This document shows positions 9,579 to 20,864 of a stretch of 64,000 bases of DNA, piece by piece (positions within the stretch are counted from its first letter, which is position 1; every line of letters starts with the position of its first letter). Under the pieces are notes generated by a model, which did not search any database, had not been told where the DNA came from, and saw only the letters and a program-made list of their open reading frames with translations. The position numbers were made by a program, and so were the translations under genes. The stretch comes from Candidatus Bathyarchaeota archaeon. Lineage in GTDB: Archaea > Thermoproteota > Bathyarchaeia > Bathyarchaeales > Bathycorpusculaceae. The DNA lies in assembly GCA_963707955.1 (NCBI GenBank), contig OY970176.1:1979013-2043012 (forward strand). Reading direction: 5' to 3'.

Positions 9579-11245
9579 AATTTTATGAACATGGGCACCA
9601 GTTTCGCAGCGACAACGGATACTACCACGAGGATTGAGGCATGCTTGAAGCCTGCCGCAATTGATTCTTCGCTTATCTTACCTGCTACTATGCCTATGAG
9701 ATAACTGGAGAAAATGCATGATGTGTTGAATACGGCTCTTATCCAGCTCATGTCCGGCGGTTGCGTTCCTCCGGATATCCCAAAAGTGCCTGAAGTGAAG
9801 CCTAACATCATGGTTGTTGTTATCACAAGAAGAAGAGCGCACATATAAGGCATCATTATGTACGGACGGGTATCCGACTTCTTTTGTTTGTCAATTTCTT
9901 GCGTCAAGTTGTTAAAGCGTGCAAGCGATTCTATCATTGCGATTGTGCCGCCGCCCACGTCCACAGTTTCAACGAGCAAGAACATGACGATCTGAGACAT
10001 CCAGCTTCGAGTTCTCTTGACAAAATCCATTATCACTTTTCGGACAGGAAGTCCCCAAGAGATTTCTGAGCTTATCTTGCGTAGTTCTTTGCTGAATACA
10101 CCGTAGTCGCGGTGTGAAAGACTTTCAATGCATTTTTCTGGCGACAGGCCAGTTTTTCTGACTTCTGTCAAGTCTCTAAGGAAACTGTTTATGCCCTCTT
10201 CAGTCTGCGTTGTATGGGTTGAGAGTTTGCTGTGCACTATCGCAGCGGGCGCCGTGGCAACAAACAACGATACGGCCGTGGCCACGGGCAGGTCGACTAG
10301 TGAGCCAAAGATCTTGAAAACGTAGAGTAGCACGAACAGCACTATGCCTATGATGCCGCATAATGCAAACACCTTGTAGGGACGCATTTCGGTGATAGGA
10401 GTCTTGGGCTGCATGCTGTGTGCCAGGTAGATGAACATCATTGAAAGCATGGGACTGAGTCCGAATGTGTAGAGGATTATCATTGAAGTGGACCCTCCGC
10501 CGCCTACGCCGCCGATGTTTTCAACGCTGAACATGATGTAGAAGCAGAGGGACATCATGACGTTGACGATTATGAAAGTCTCCAGGAGCATTCCAAGTCT
10601 TTCAGCAGCGGCTCTGACACGAAGTGCTCTTGCTTTGAATATGTCTTCGGCTTTTCTTTCGAGGAAGTGTCCGATGTCGCCGCCGATGATTACTGTCGAC
10701 GCGTACCCTGACAAGAAATCTTTGAAGATGTCCAGGGGGTTTTTCTTTGCTGCGTTTTCAATCGCAGTTAGCGGGTCTATGCCGAAGATCTCAACGTCTT
10801 TTATGATTTCTCTTGCCTCGCTCTTCATGTATGGCAGCAGATCGACCTCGGAGAGTCTTTTGAAGCTGCTGTACGGTGCTATGCCTCCGGAAGCCATTAC
10901 GCTGATGTAAGATGAAGCAAACGGCATCTCTCGTTCCAAGTTGGCCGCTCTGTCACCGGCTCTAGACATTGGAACTAGGAAAAACCCGATAATCACGAAG
11001 AGCGGAAGGGGAATCAGGAAAATGACCGGAATGAAGCCGTAGAGAAGCATGACAACTGCGCAGACTGCCGATATTGGAATGGTTAATACGGCTATGAAAA
11101 GCATCAATGACACGTAGGTTTCTGGGTAAATCTTGATCCTTGCTTTTTCCAAGTAGTCTTTAAACTGTATATGTTTCAGAAAAGAGGGCGATGTTCTTCC
11201 GAAGATGCGGAAGGACCACGCCTCAAGGGTTTCTAGAAACGGCAA
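9575..11245 (-). CDS. FlaJ/TadC/PilC-family polytopic membrane platform protein
   Basis: 556 aa. Two blocks of TM helices are separated by soluble domains. It lies directly downstream of the secretion ATPase and overlaps it. Confidence 0.8.
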   Translation of the reverse strand: MPFLETLEAWSFRIFGRTSPSFLKHIQFKDYLEKARIKIYPETYVSLMLFIAVLTIPISAVCAVVMLLYGFIPVIFLIPLPLFVIIGFFLVPMSRAGDRAANLEREMPFASSYISVMASGGIAPYSSFKRLSEVDLLPYMKSEAREIIKDVEIFGIDPLTAIENAAKKNPLDIFKDFLSGYASTVIIGGDIGHFLERKAEDIFKARALRVRAAAERLGMLLETFIIVNVMMSLCFYIMFSVENIGGVGGGGSTSMIILYTFGLSPMLSMMFIYLAHSMQPKTPITEMRPYKVFALCGIIGIVLFVLLYVFKIFGSLVDLPVATAVSLFVATAPAAIVHSKLSTHTTQTEEGINSFLRDLTEVRKTGLSPEKCIESLSHRDYGVFSKELRKISSEISWGLPVRKVIMDFVKRTRSWMSQIVMFLLVETVDVGGGTIAMIESLARFNNLTQEIDKQKKSDTRPYIMMPYMCALLLVITTTMMLGFTSGTFGISGGTQPPDMSWIRAVFNTSCIFSSYLIGIVAGKISEESIAAGFKHASILVVVSVVAAKLVPMFIKF

Positions 11246-12851
11246 CTGCCTTAACCTCCTCCCCTGCGAGAACCTTCTCGTAGATCTGCTTTGGCTTGGC
11301 AGAATACTCTGCTATTATTGCGGCCACGTCCTTGTAGCTTCTGATGTCATGTTCTCTCATCCAATGGAGTACGACTCTGCGCTTCTCAATTTCTGCGATG
11401 AGGTCTTTCTTGCTCATGCCCAGTCGCTCGGAGATCCCGGCAAGCATTACACTCTTGTCAAACGCTTGTATCTGTTCGTCCTTGTTCGGGTTCCATTTGA
11501 AGACTGTCCTGTAGTCCTCGTAGTTCGCGATCTCGTTCACGTCCAGTATACGCCTGTACGCCTTTCGTTCGCTGTTCTTGATCAGGTGGACTCTTTGAAC
11601 CGACAGCACTATGTTCATCAGCGGAATGTATGCTGGAGAGATGTCCATGGGTTTAGAAGTCAGTCGTTTAATCGCTGAATCCAGGTTTTCAGCGTGCATG
11701 GTGCACATTCCACCGTGGCCCGTGGCCAAGGCTTGGAAGAGCACGTATGCTTCTTGTCCTCTCACCTCTCCCACTATGAGTATGTCTGGACGGTGTCTCA
11801 TCGAAGTTTTGACCAAGTCGAAAAGTGCAACTTCTCCTGTGCTGTCTCCGCCCAGGCCATAGCTTTGTCTGGCGATTAGTGAAACCCAGTTTTCAAGGGG
11901 TAGATTAAGCTCAGCTGTTTCTTCTATCGTGATGACCTTGCTTCCAGGCTTAATCAGGCAGGCCAGAGCGTTTAGGGCGGTTGTCTTTCCTGCTGCCGTT
12001 CCGCCCAAAACCATTATGGAGGCTCTTTGTTCAAGGCATTGCCAGAGGTAAGCGGCCATCTCCTCCGAGAAAGTGCCTATGTTTATGAGGTCTATTATGG
12101 AATACGGGTCTTCTCTAAACTTCCTTATGGTGAAAGCCGTGCCGAAAGGCGTGACTTCGCGTCTGTAGCACACCGAAAGCCTGTGCTTACCCGGCAGCGA
12201 GGCATCGACGATCGGGAAGGCTGAGCTTACGTGTTTTCCAGCCATGTGTACGAGCTTAACAACCATGTTGTCAAGTTCTTCATCCGTCTGAAACTCGATG
12301 TTGGTTTCGATGCTCTCGTAGGTTCGGTGCCAAATATAAACGGATTTGCCTACACCGTCACATGAAATATCTTCAATGTTCGGGTCTCGCATCAACGGGT
12401 CGATCTGACCGAACCCCACGAGGTCTCTTTCCGCGTGGTAGAGAATCTTGTACCACGACACGTCGGGCAACCAGCCGAGGCTTATGCGGTACTTGTCAAC
12501 GATCTTCTTTGCCTCGTCTGCGAAGAACCTTCTAGGATCCAGAATTTCCTCTTTTGGGGACTCGATCTCTGCGAGGAGTATTTCTAGGATGCGGTTGTAG
12601 ACGCTTCTCTCCAGCGGGTCGAGCTGCAGTTCGTCTAGAATGTACTTGAACTCCCCAGTTTTTGGGTTTTGTGCGATAGCCACGTGGGCGAAAGGCTCGT
12701 AAAGCGGGTATTTTTCCACAACCTTGTACCCTCTGGGTACGGGTCTTGGCGTTGGAGCAGGGACGGCTGTCTGCTCGCGCTTTTTAAAGTTGAGTTTGAT
12801 CTGCACTGTCTTCAGCTTTGCCAGTTTTCCTTTCAGACGCAACTGTGTCAT
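11223..12851 (-). CDS. type II/IV secretion ATPase (FlaI/PilB/VirB11 family)
   Basis: Walker A GGTAAGKTT, the ILIVGEVRGQEA box and ATGHGGMCTMHA. GGAG lies 7 nt upstream of ATG 12851. AT-rich TATA-like ATATTTAATA lies further upstream. Confidence 0.9.
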   Translation of the reverse strand: MTQLRLKGKLAKLKTVQIKLNFKKREQTAVPAPTPRPVPRGYKVVEKYPLYEPFAHVAIAQNPKTGEFKYILDELQLDPLERSVYNRILEILLAEIESPKEEILDPRRFFADEAKKIVDKYRISLGWLPDVSWYKILYHAERDLVGFGQIDPLMRDPNIEDISCDGVGKSVYIWHRTYESIETNIEFQTDEELDNMVVKLVHMAGKHVSSAFPIVDASLPGKHRLSVCYRREVTPFGTAFTIRKFREDPYSIIDLINIGTFSEEMAAYLWQCLEQRASIMVLGGTAAGKTTALNALACLIKPGSKVITIEETAELNLPLENWVSLIARQSYGLGGDSTGEVALFDLVKTSMRHRPDILIVGEVRGQEAYVLFQALATGHGGMCTMHAENLDSAIKRLTSKPMDISPAYIPLMNIVLSVQRVHLIKNSERKAYRRILDVNEIANYEDYRTVFKWNPNKDEQIQAFDKSVMLAGISERLGMSKKDLIAEIEKRRVVLHWMREHDIRSYKDVAAIIAEYSAKPKQIYEKVLAGEEVKAVAVSRNP

Positions 12852-12952
12852 TGTTGTTCTCCTGTGCTATACTGTTCATATGCGAACGGTCTATTAAATA
12901 TTACGTCTCACGAGACCTTACTGCCCTTCCGTCTCTTCCTTGGTTGAAACAA

Positions 12953-15950
12953 CTATGAGTTCTTCTTGATCAGAACAAGGATTAGGACCGCAACAACTAT
13001 TGGGATCGCAACGAGAAGCACGGTTAACAACGGGAAGCCTTGTTCTTCAGGAGCAACGATCAATGTCACGGTTGACTGTCTCTGCTGATATCCGCTTTTT
13101 GCCAACATAACCGTCATGTTCAGCGTGTCTACTGGGGCTTGTGGAGCGGTTATGATGAATGTGCAGGTTCCAGTTGAGTCTGTGACATTTGTCAGTGGGC
13201 CTCCGTACCCGTATGATACTGTGACTGTTGCACCGGCCACTGACGTGGCGTCTTCCTTGCACGTCACGTGTATCGACACCGTTTCTGTTTGGCCTGACCA
13301 AAGTGTCGCCGGGGCTGTTTGAAAACCAAACGTCCTAGGGTTCACTGTGATGTTCAGCTGACCTGTGCTGTCAAGGTATCCCGTTTCTGAAGCGGTTGCT
13401 AAAAACGAGATGTTGGTGGCCGCATTAACTGTGGGTGCAGTGAAGGCGAATGTCACGTTGCCAAAGCCGTCTGTCACTCCTGTCGTCTGGGCGAAGGTTC
13501 CGTTGGCTGCCGTGATCGTGACGTTAGCCGCCTGAATCGGACTGCTTCCGTATCCCACGTGAACCGTGACGTTTGAGTTTCCATATGAATATGTGATGGG
13601 CGAATCTGGAATGATGCTGACCGAAAGAACCTTTGGCATTATCATCACTACCGTTTGACTTTCACCGTCTACGTATCCGCTCATGACGGCTGTCGCAGTG
13701 ATGGTTGCGTTGAGTCCGTCGCTCGATGAGGTCTGGGGTGCTGTGAAGGCAAATATTGCGGCACCTGTTGTGTCTGTTAGCTGCGTTACCGTGGAGAAGT
13801 TTCCGCCGACGTCTGAGGTCACGGTGACCGTCGCATTCGCAACAGGGTTCCCGTCAAAAGTTACGACCGCCGTTATGGTCGCTGATTCTTCCGAAAGAAT
13901 TACGTCGGGGCTGGAGATCACTTCTACAGCGAGTTCTCGAGGTTCAACGCTTACGATCGTTTCTCCCTGTCCGTCAGCATATTGCGGTTTGCTGGCTGTG
14001 ACTGTGACGGTAATGTTGACCTCACTCAGCGTCAGCGGGGCTGTGAGTGTAAATGCTGCTGAACCGTTTGAGTCTGTTGTTCCGGTATTAGCTGAAAGTG
14101 TGCCGTTGGTGCACGATAATGTCAGGTTTGCCCCGGTAACGGGTTCTCCGGATTGATCCGTCACATAAACATTCAATGCTGTCACTTCTTCAGACCTTAT
14201 CGTCGAAGGTACGGGGATCACCTGAACTATCAGTGGTGGAAGAACTCTGACGTACGCGTAGTCGGAACCGTCCGCGTACCCGTTCATTGAGGCTCTCGCG
14301 ATTATTCTGACATCCGTTATCTCTGTGACGTTTGGCGCCGTGAAGTTCGCTGTAAAGTACCCATTGACGTCCGTCAACCCTGACTGGGGTGAGAAGCTTC
14401 CGCCCCTTACGGAGAGCATCGTGACGTTGGCGTAAGCAGCTGCGCTGCCTCCCGCTGACACGTAGACCGTAACTGACGTCTGTCCGTTGTAGGCAACGGT
14501 AGAATTGCTCACAGAGACTGATGCACCCAACTGAGGAAGGTCTGCAACGGTTACTGTCGTGAATGTAGGTGCGCTTACGTTTCCGAAATCGTCCTCTACG
14601 GTCAGGCTCGCGACGTAGGTTCCTGGTGAAGAGTAGCTGTGATTGAAAAGCGAAAGTGTTGTCCAACCGCTGTTTCCTGCGTCGTTGAAGTCGAAAAAGT
14701 ACTGGTACACGCTTCCGTCATCGTTTGAGTCTGTTCCCACGAACGTGACATCTTGCCCGGGTGCCACTAGGAGCTTGTCTGTCCAGAGAACTGCTGTTGG
14801 AGGGGCGTTATTGTATGCGAATGGGTGCGTTAACCACGGTATGAAGAGAAGGTTTGTGCCGTTACCTCCGACGCTGTTTCCTTTTCCGTACGGGTTCAAC
14901 GATTCATGCTCGGGGCCGGTCTCCTGGCCCCAGTAGTTGTGTGTTGCGTTGACTGTGCCAGTGTATGATAGGGCCAGTTCGACACCTTGCCCATTCTCGA
15001 ATATGTCGTTGAAGTAGACTGTGTGATTTGCGGAGCCATCATACTGTATTCCGACGGTGTTGTTTGAGACGTAGTTGCCGGTGATATAGGTGCTCGCGTT
15101 GGCCGAGATGAAAAGCCCAAAGTTGTTTGCGGTCACGTTGTTCCCGGTTATGACTGTCTTGTCCAGGGTTTCTGCTTCTAGGAGTATTCCGTTTTGCGTG
15201 CTAGAAGAAATTTCGTTTTGTCTGATATCCATTGTTCCTGTTAGATTACCAGTCAGGAGCACGCCGTTTATATTTGATGTGATAAGGTTGTTGTACACGT
15301 TCACCTGGTTACCTCCAGCTATGAGGATGCCGTTTCCGTTTGAATCTATGATGTCGTTTTCTATTGAAGCAAGGTCTCCGCCTGCTATGTTGATGGCGCT
15401 GAAGGTGTTGTTGGTGGTGCTCAAGCTGTTGTTGGCCAACTCGCTGTTCTGAATGGTCAATGCACCACCGTTCAATATGATTCCGTTCTCAGAGTTGAAT
15501 CGTATCACACTGTTTTCTACGTCCAAGATGCCGCTGTCGACTGTTATTCCGTTTGTTCCGTTTTCGATGATGCAGTTCATGAACGATGACGGTTGTGTTC
15601 CCTTGATTTCGATTTTCTCCCAAGCGATGGCGCCGGACGGGTCGTTGGTGGTGAAAAGAATGTTTCGCTCCGGCGTTCCGTTTGCTACGACTGTTCCGTT
15701 CACTATAAGCGAAAAGTCTCCTCCAAACCTGACCTCAACACCCGGTCTCGATCGTCAGCGTTGCACCCGGGTTGACGGTCACGTCGTTAGAAAGCACGAA
15801 CGGGCTGTCCACTAGGGTCCATATCGTGTCCTGCGTGATTACGCCCTCAACGTATGTCGCTTTGGCGGTGGGCAGGGTTTTGTAGGCGATGTTGAGGGAA
15901 CCAAAGATTATGGTGAATAAGAGGAGTAGTAACGTGAATTGTTTCTTCAT
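12953..15950 (-). pseudogene. surface adhesin: signal peptide, right-handed beta-helix, PKD domain, about 6 Ig-like repeats, C-terminal TM anchor; split by a 1-nt indel
   Basis: ATG 15950 gives MKKQFTLLLLLFTIIFGSLNIAYKTLPTAKA...NPGATLTIETGC, then a stop. The next frame continues PGVEVRFGGDFSLIVNGTVVANG... (listed ORF 12953..15703). Beta-helix repeats (NGI.L..., NN...N), a PKD-like block (VTFVGTDSNDDGS...GTYVASLTVEDDFGN), repeated ~95-aa Ig-like units, and a tail FPLLTVLLVAIPIVVAVLILVLIKKNS. Confidence 0.75.
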
Positions 15951-16132
15951 GGGGAAACATCCAATTTGTATTCGAGTTCGTGTTATTCCTCTCGTTCGTA
16001 CCAGCTTAAGCGTTATGAATTCAGAATAAAACTTCAAAATCTTGAGGTGAATGGTTTTCTGGTTGTGCGTGGTTGGGCAAGAGATTTAACGAAGCGAAAG
16101 AACAACCTGATTCACAGTTGTGAGGGGGTTGC

Positions 16133-16906
16133 TTGAGAAGTTTCACTGCGTTCGCTCCGGAGGGTTTTCCGCTTGTGAAGCCAGGAGACAACGTTGCAGG
16201 AATCATCGTTGAGACTTGTGAAAAGAACGGTTTTAGGATTCAGGAAGGCGACGTGATCGTTGTTGCCCAGAAGGTCTTCTCGAAGGCTGAAAATCGTTTG
16301 TTCAGACTGAGAGAAGTTGTTCCTTCAAGAAGAGCTCAAGAGCTTGCCAAGACGACTGGGAAGAGTCCGAGGTTCGTGGAGCTTGTTTTGAGGGACACTG
16401 CGAACGTGCTCAAGGCTTCTTATGAAGTGCTGCTGGTTGAGGACAAGCGCGGTTTGATATGTATAAATGCTGGAATAGACAAGTCGAACGTTGAGGGGAG
16501 AGGAAACTTCGCGTTGCTGCCCGAGAACCCTGATTTGTCCGCGAAAGAGTGCCGCTTGGAGATGAAGAAACTGACAGGCGTGAACGTGGCCGTGATCGTT
16601 TGCGACACTTACAGTCGTCCTTTCAGGCGTGGGCAGGTGAACTTTGCGATAGGAGCTGCTGGAATCAACCCGTTCAGGGATTATCGCGGAACGCGGGATC
16701 TGTTCGGTCAGGTTTTGAAGGTTAAGAATGTTGCTGTGTTGGATGAGGTTGCTGCCGCGGCAGAGTTGCTCATGGGACAAGGGAAGGAAGCAAGGCCCGT
16801 TGTGGTTTTCAGGGGTTTGAGCGGTGCAGTAGCGGTTTGTGACGAGTGCAGCACAAGAGGTCTGCAGATTTCGAGGCAGGAAGACCTGTTTAAGGGTGCC
16901 CTATGA
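16133..16906 (+). CDS. cofE: coenzyme F420-0:L-glutamate ligase
   Basis: Family-typical blocks GDVIVVAQKVFSKAE, INAGIDKSN and VIVCDTYSRPFRRGQVNFAIG. TTG start. Confidence 0.85.
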   Translation: MRSFTAFAPEGFPLVKPGDNVAGIIVETCEKNGFRIQEGDVIVVAQKVFSKAENRLFRLREVVPSRRAQELAKTTGKSPRFVELVLRDTANVLKASYEVLLVEDKRGLICINAGIDKSNVEGRGNFALLPENPDLSAKECRLEMKKLTGVNVAVIVCDTYSRPFRRGQVNFAIGAAGINPFRDYRGTRDLFGQVLKVKNVAVLDEVAAAAELLMGQGKEARPVVVFRGLSGAVAVCDECSTRGLQISRQEDLFKGAL

Positions 16907-17228
16907 TCGTAGCCGTTGCCGGGGAAAGACTATCGTTTCCTCCTGCGTCTGCTTAGAGGTTTCATGCTTTTAGGTGCTTTTCGTCTGCAGCCAGCAGGCC
17001 GCTACTGAATTCAATGTTTGATTGTTATGAGGCTGAACGCGGTCTTGTGCTGTGGTTTGTGCGTGCGTGCAACGGTGGTACGCCCCTCTATACGAGCCTA
17101 CTTTGCCTCTATTCGTTTCAAAACATTGTCTGTTTTTGAATTTTTCTCTTTTTTTTCCCTTTTTCTGGGATGGAAAACCTTTTAAATCGAATGGTTACAA
17201 ACTATAGAAAGAACAATTTAGATGAGGA

Positions 17229-20200
17229 ATGAAAATGCAAAAAAAGAAAGTACTAATTGCAACGATAGTAACTATAACGATATTTCTATCAATGTTCAGC
17301 GCAATAAGCCTAACGAGAGGAGTTAACCAACCCTCCTCTTTCTACACAGTTGCCAATGGCAATCTCAACACTGACACATACTCGCTGTATCCGTTTGAAG
17401 CAAACAACGTAAGCTTTGGCTTCTCACAATATGGTGAACTAATCGGCATTGCACCAGGTGCAAACCAAGCAGTACAAGCAAACTGGGTCGGCATGAGCTA
17501 CAATGGTCGCGACCCATTCGCTCCGAACACTACCACGATTCCACAGAATCAATGGATCAACGGCTGGTTCCTTTACATCAGCTACATCGACCCCAATGAG
17601 CCAGTTCAGGACAGGAACCTGTGGGCATTCGCACTGTTTTCTGACGGTCACGTAGCCGGCGGAGACTGGGTAATCAACGTTACTGGTTCTCCGACTAGCA
17701 CGCCTTACGGTGGCAGGAAAACCAACGGCATGGTCATCACAGACCCGCTGACTGTGCTCTACAACGGTCCAAGAGAGTACATAGCTCAGGCAACGAACCA
17801 CATCTATGACAACGATGGCACGTACACGTGGCCAGTTGTCGATCTGATCATAACCATGATTTTCGACAAAGTTTCCAAAGAAGTGATTCTGTACAAGGAT
17901 GTGAAGACCACAATAGACAAATTGAACTTATGGGGCAAGCTTGACGTGCAACTGAGCGACCGTGAAGAATACGACATGGGATCAGCATCATCAGACAACG
18001 CGTATTCTAGCTACGCCCACTTCTACGAAGAAGCCGGATGGACGAGCATGACTCCAAGCTGGTCAATCGCACAGAACCTGACCGCAGACAACATCGAGCA
18101 CCAAGTAGGGTCAACCGGCACAGTAAACCTGGACGGCTCAGAGACCTTCACACTGAATCCACCAAACGGATATCCAGTGTCTGAGGATTACATGAAAGTG
18201 TACGTGAACGGCGTTTTCCAAGTCCCAAGTCTGTACACAGTAAGCTATGGACCCACGACATACGTGACGCTTATCACGGCTCCATCATCAAGCTCCATTG
18301 TGCAGTTCAATTACAAGTACGTGTTCAAAAGCACCACGCAAGTGCTTGATGGGGTAAGCGCGGCGACGAGCACGGTTTCGACAGCAAGTGATCCATCACT
18401 TCCATCATGGGCGAACGAATACGATTATGCACAGGTGATATCGTCCGACAATCAGTACGTGGCTTGGGCTGCCTTTTGGCCACCGACATCTTCGCAGACG
18501 GTTGACGGCATCGAAAACTTCTTGCAGCCGCTCTATAACGTGCATACAGACACCTTGAGCAGCGCGCCGAAGCGGTCTCCACTCATAATAGGCCAATGGG
18601 ACGTTGCGATGGATCCCTCAACATTCCCGATGTTCAGAGCAGTTGAAGTAAAAGGCATATGCAACGACCACAATGCACAAGATCCTCAAGAAACCCTCTC
18701 GACATACCGTGGGACGCAACTTGACATTGAAGCCCAGTACCAGCTTGACTCAGTCTTCGCACCGTACAACCTGCGTGAAGCCATAACGGAGAACCTTAAC
18801 ACTTGGGTAGACTACTATACGGTGACAGCAAACGACATACTGAGAGGATATCTCTACGTCGACCTGTCTCATTCGCCAGTTCACTACGTATATCCTTGGG
18901 AAACTTATGACAGCCAGTCTGAAAGAGTGCTCGTAAACGGTGTGCTACAGTATCCATCGCGAAGTGTTGCAGCCAATGAACTGGATACGTCACCGACGTA
19001 CCAGACACCTACATATGAACTCTACACAGAAGACGGTGTAGGCTACATATACTTCCCCGACAGCACAATCTTCACCAAGGGAGACGTGATAAAGGTCATC
19101 TACGCGACAGAAACGTGCAACTATGAGTCTGGCTTCAGTGTAACTTCGAATACGTTGACTCCTGGTGGTGAAAACTCCAGCTTCGACTTCGGTAGCAACA
19201 CATATTGGCCAATTGACGCTTGGAGTCTGGGTGGACTACTTGAATGTCCAACACGACATAACCATCAAAGAGTTTGACGGTTCCATCACACCACCCGATA
19301 GCACACCAACCGGAAACACGACGTGGACATACTACAAACTGATGGACTGGGAGGCAAAGGACTTTACAGTGTTCAAGGAAGACACTACGAGCCTTGAGAT
19401 AAGCGCTTATGACTTCTCGGCGGACACCGTGGAAGCAAATGGAACTGTACCTGGATACGACATGACGATTCAACTGCAGGACTTTAGAATAAAATGGCAA
19501 ATAACCGGTCCAGAAGGCACTTGGTTCAATGACCTTTTAGATGTCATGGTCTCTAAGTGGGACTTCAACGTATACATCTACGTATACGTGAACTATGTAG
19601 TACCACCTACTGGAAGCCCCTACTACACTACAACCGCAACACTTTCGTTTGAGCCAAAGTATGGTAGTACTCTGTACAAGGAAGAGATACCTGGAAGCTA
19701 CACGTGGGGCATCGTCGGTTCTAATGCGAAGTCCGTCGACTCTGCAGGCCTGTCAATGATCAGCGCTGCTTTGAAGGATAAAGAAGTAGAGTACGGTGTA
19801 GCAGGCGCGGACATCAACGCTACGGATCCCACTTTACAGATGCCATATGTATTCAGCAAGATGAGCACCGGCACAAGCACACTATGGAGTCCCTACTACT
19901 ACAGCACGACCGATCTAAGAACAGGACTCCGAGACGACTGGGACCCGGCGGGCACTGACACGCAGATCTCAAGGGCCAACTTAGTCGGCTCAGGCGGTCC
20001 GCTCGTGAACATGCTCGCGTACTACGGCAACGACTTTACATCAGCCTTCTACGGTATAAGCCAGTTCACACCATACGGACCTTGGAATGGCGCCATAGTT
20101 GCACTATCATGCTGGAGCGACTACGACAAAGCGTTCTTCACTAGTGCCTCAGTTGGCTACGCAGTGATTTCAACCTTCGAAGACCTCAACGGAACAACGG

Positions 20201-20475
20201 GACTTTTGGTTTACGGCGTCTGGGGACGAGACACATACTACGCGGCTAGCTACTTCTACCAGGACCTCATACAGGAATTCCAGAGCTTCCCATGGGGCGC
20301 AACGAGCATCGTACTACAGATCACGTACAACACTACGACACTTAAGCCGAAAGCGTTCAGCGTCGTCGAAGTGCTGGGCACGATAAGCGAAACAGGAATC
20401 GACAGCACATGTTGGCCACCATACGTTTGGGGCGTTAGTACTCCAATAAAAGGCGGAATACACCCCGACCCATAA
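17229..20475 (+). pseudogene. large (~1080 aa) secreted protein of unknown function, split by a 1-nt frameshift near 19226-19240
   Basis: Signal peptide MKMQKKKVLIATIVTITIFLSMFSAISLTRG. TATA-like TTTTAAAT lies ~45 nt upstream. ORF 17229..19277 ends in the implausible LLECPTRHNHQRV. ORF 19165..20475 in the +1 frame continues VDYLNVQHDITIKEF... Confidence 0.7.
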
Positions 20476-20864
20476 ACAAAACTCCTCTTTTTTTCTTTTG
20501 TTTTTCTAAGCACCAATATTCACCGCGCAAGGCATAAGCGTCTATTTCCAAGTACGGTTTTCGAATGCCAAAGTTGACCGCGCTCCCTGAACGATGCTTC
20601 ATTTGTGCTGAGTATTCATCGTAGCCATCGAAGACAAAGAGGAGCGTGCGCGAAATGTGTGCCGACTATAAGGAAGCCCTTTTTCTTTTTTTGAATAACA
20701 GAATTGGTGAAGTCAGGGGGAAAGTCTGCCCAGCTTGTTTTGTGAGGATAACCAGCAAAGCTTATCGCGGTGCCTGCTCCTTCTTGCCCGTTTTGCGCGG
20801 AAATAGTGTTCTCACAAGTGTTTTATGCAAGCAGAGCGGCGTCTAACTGTAGTGATGTGCGTCT

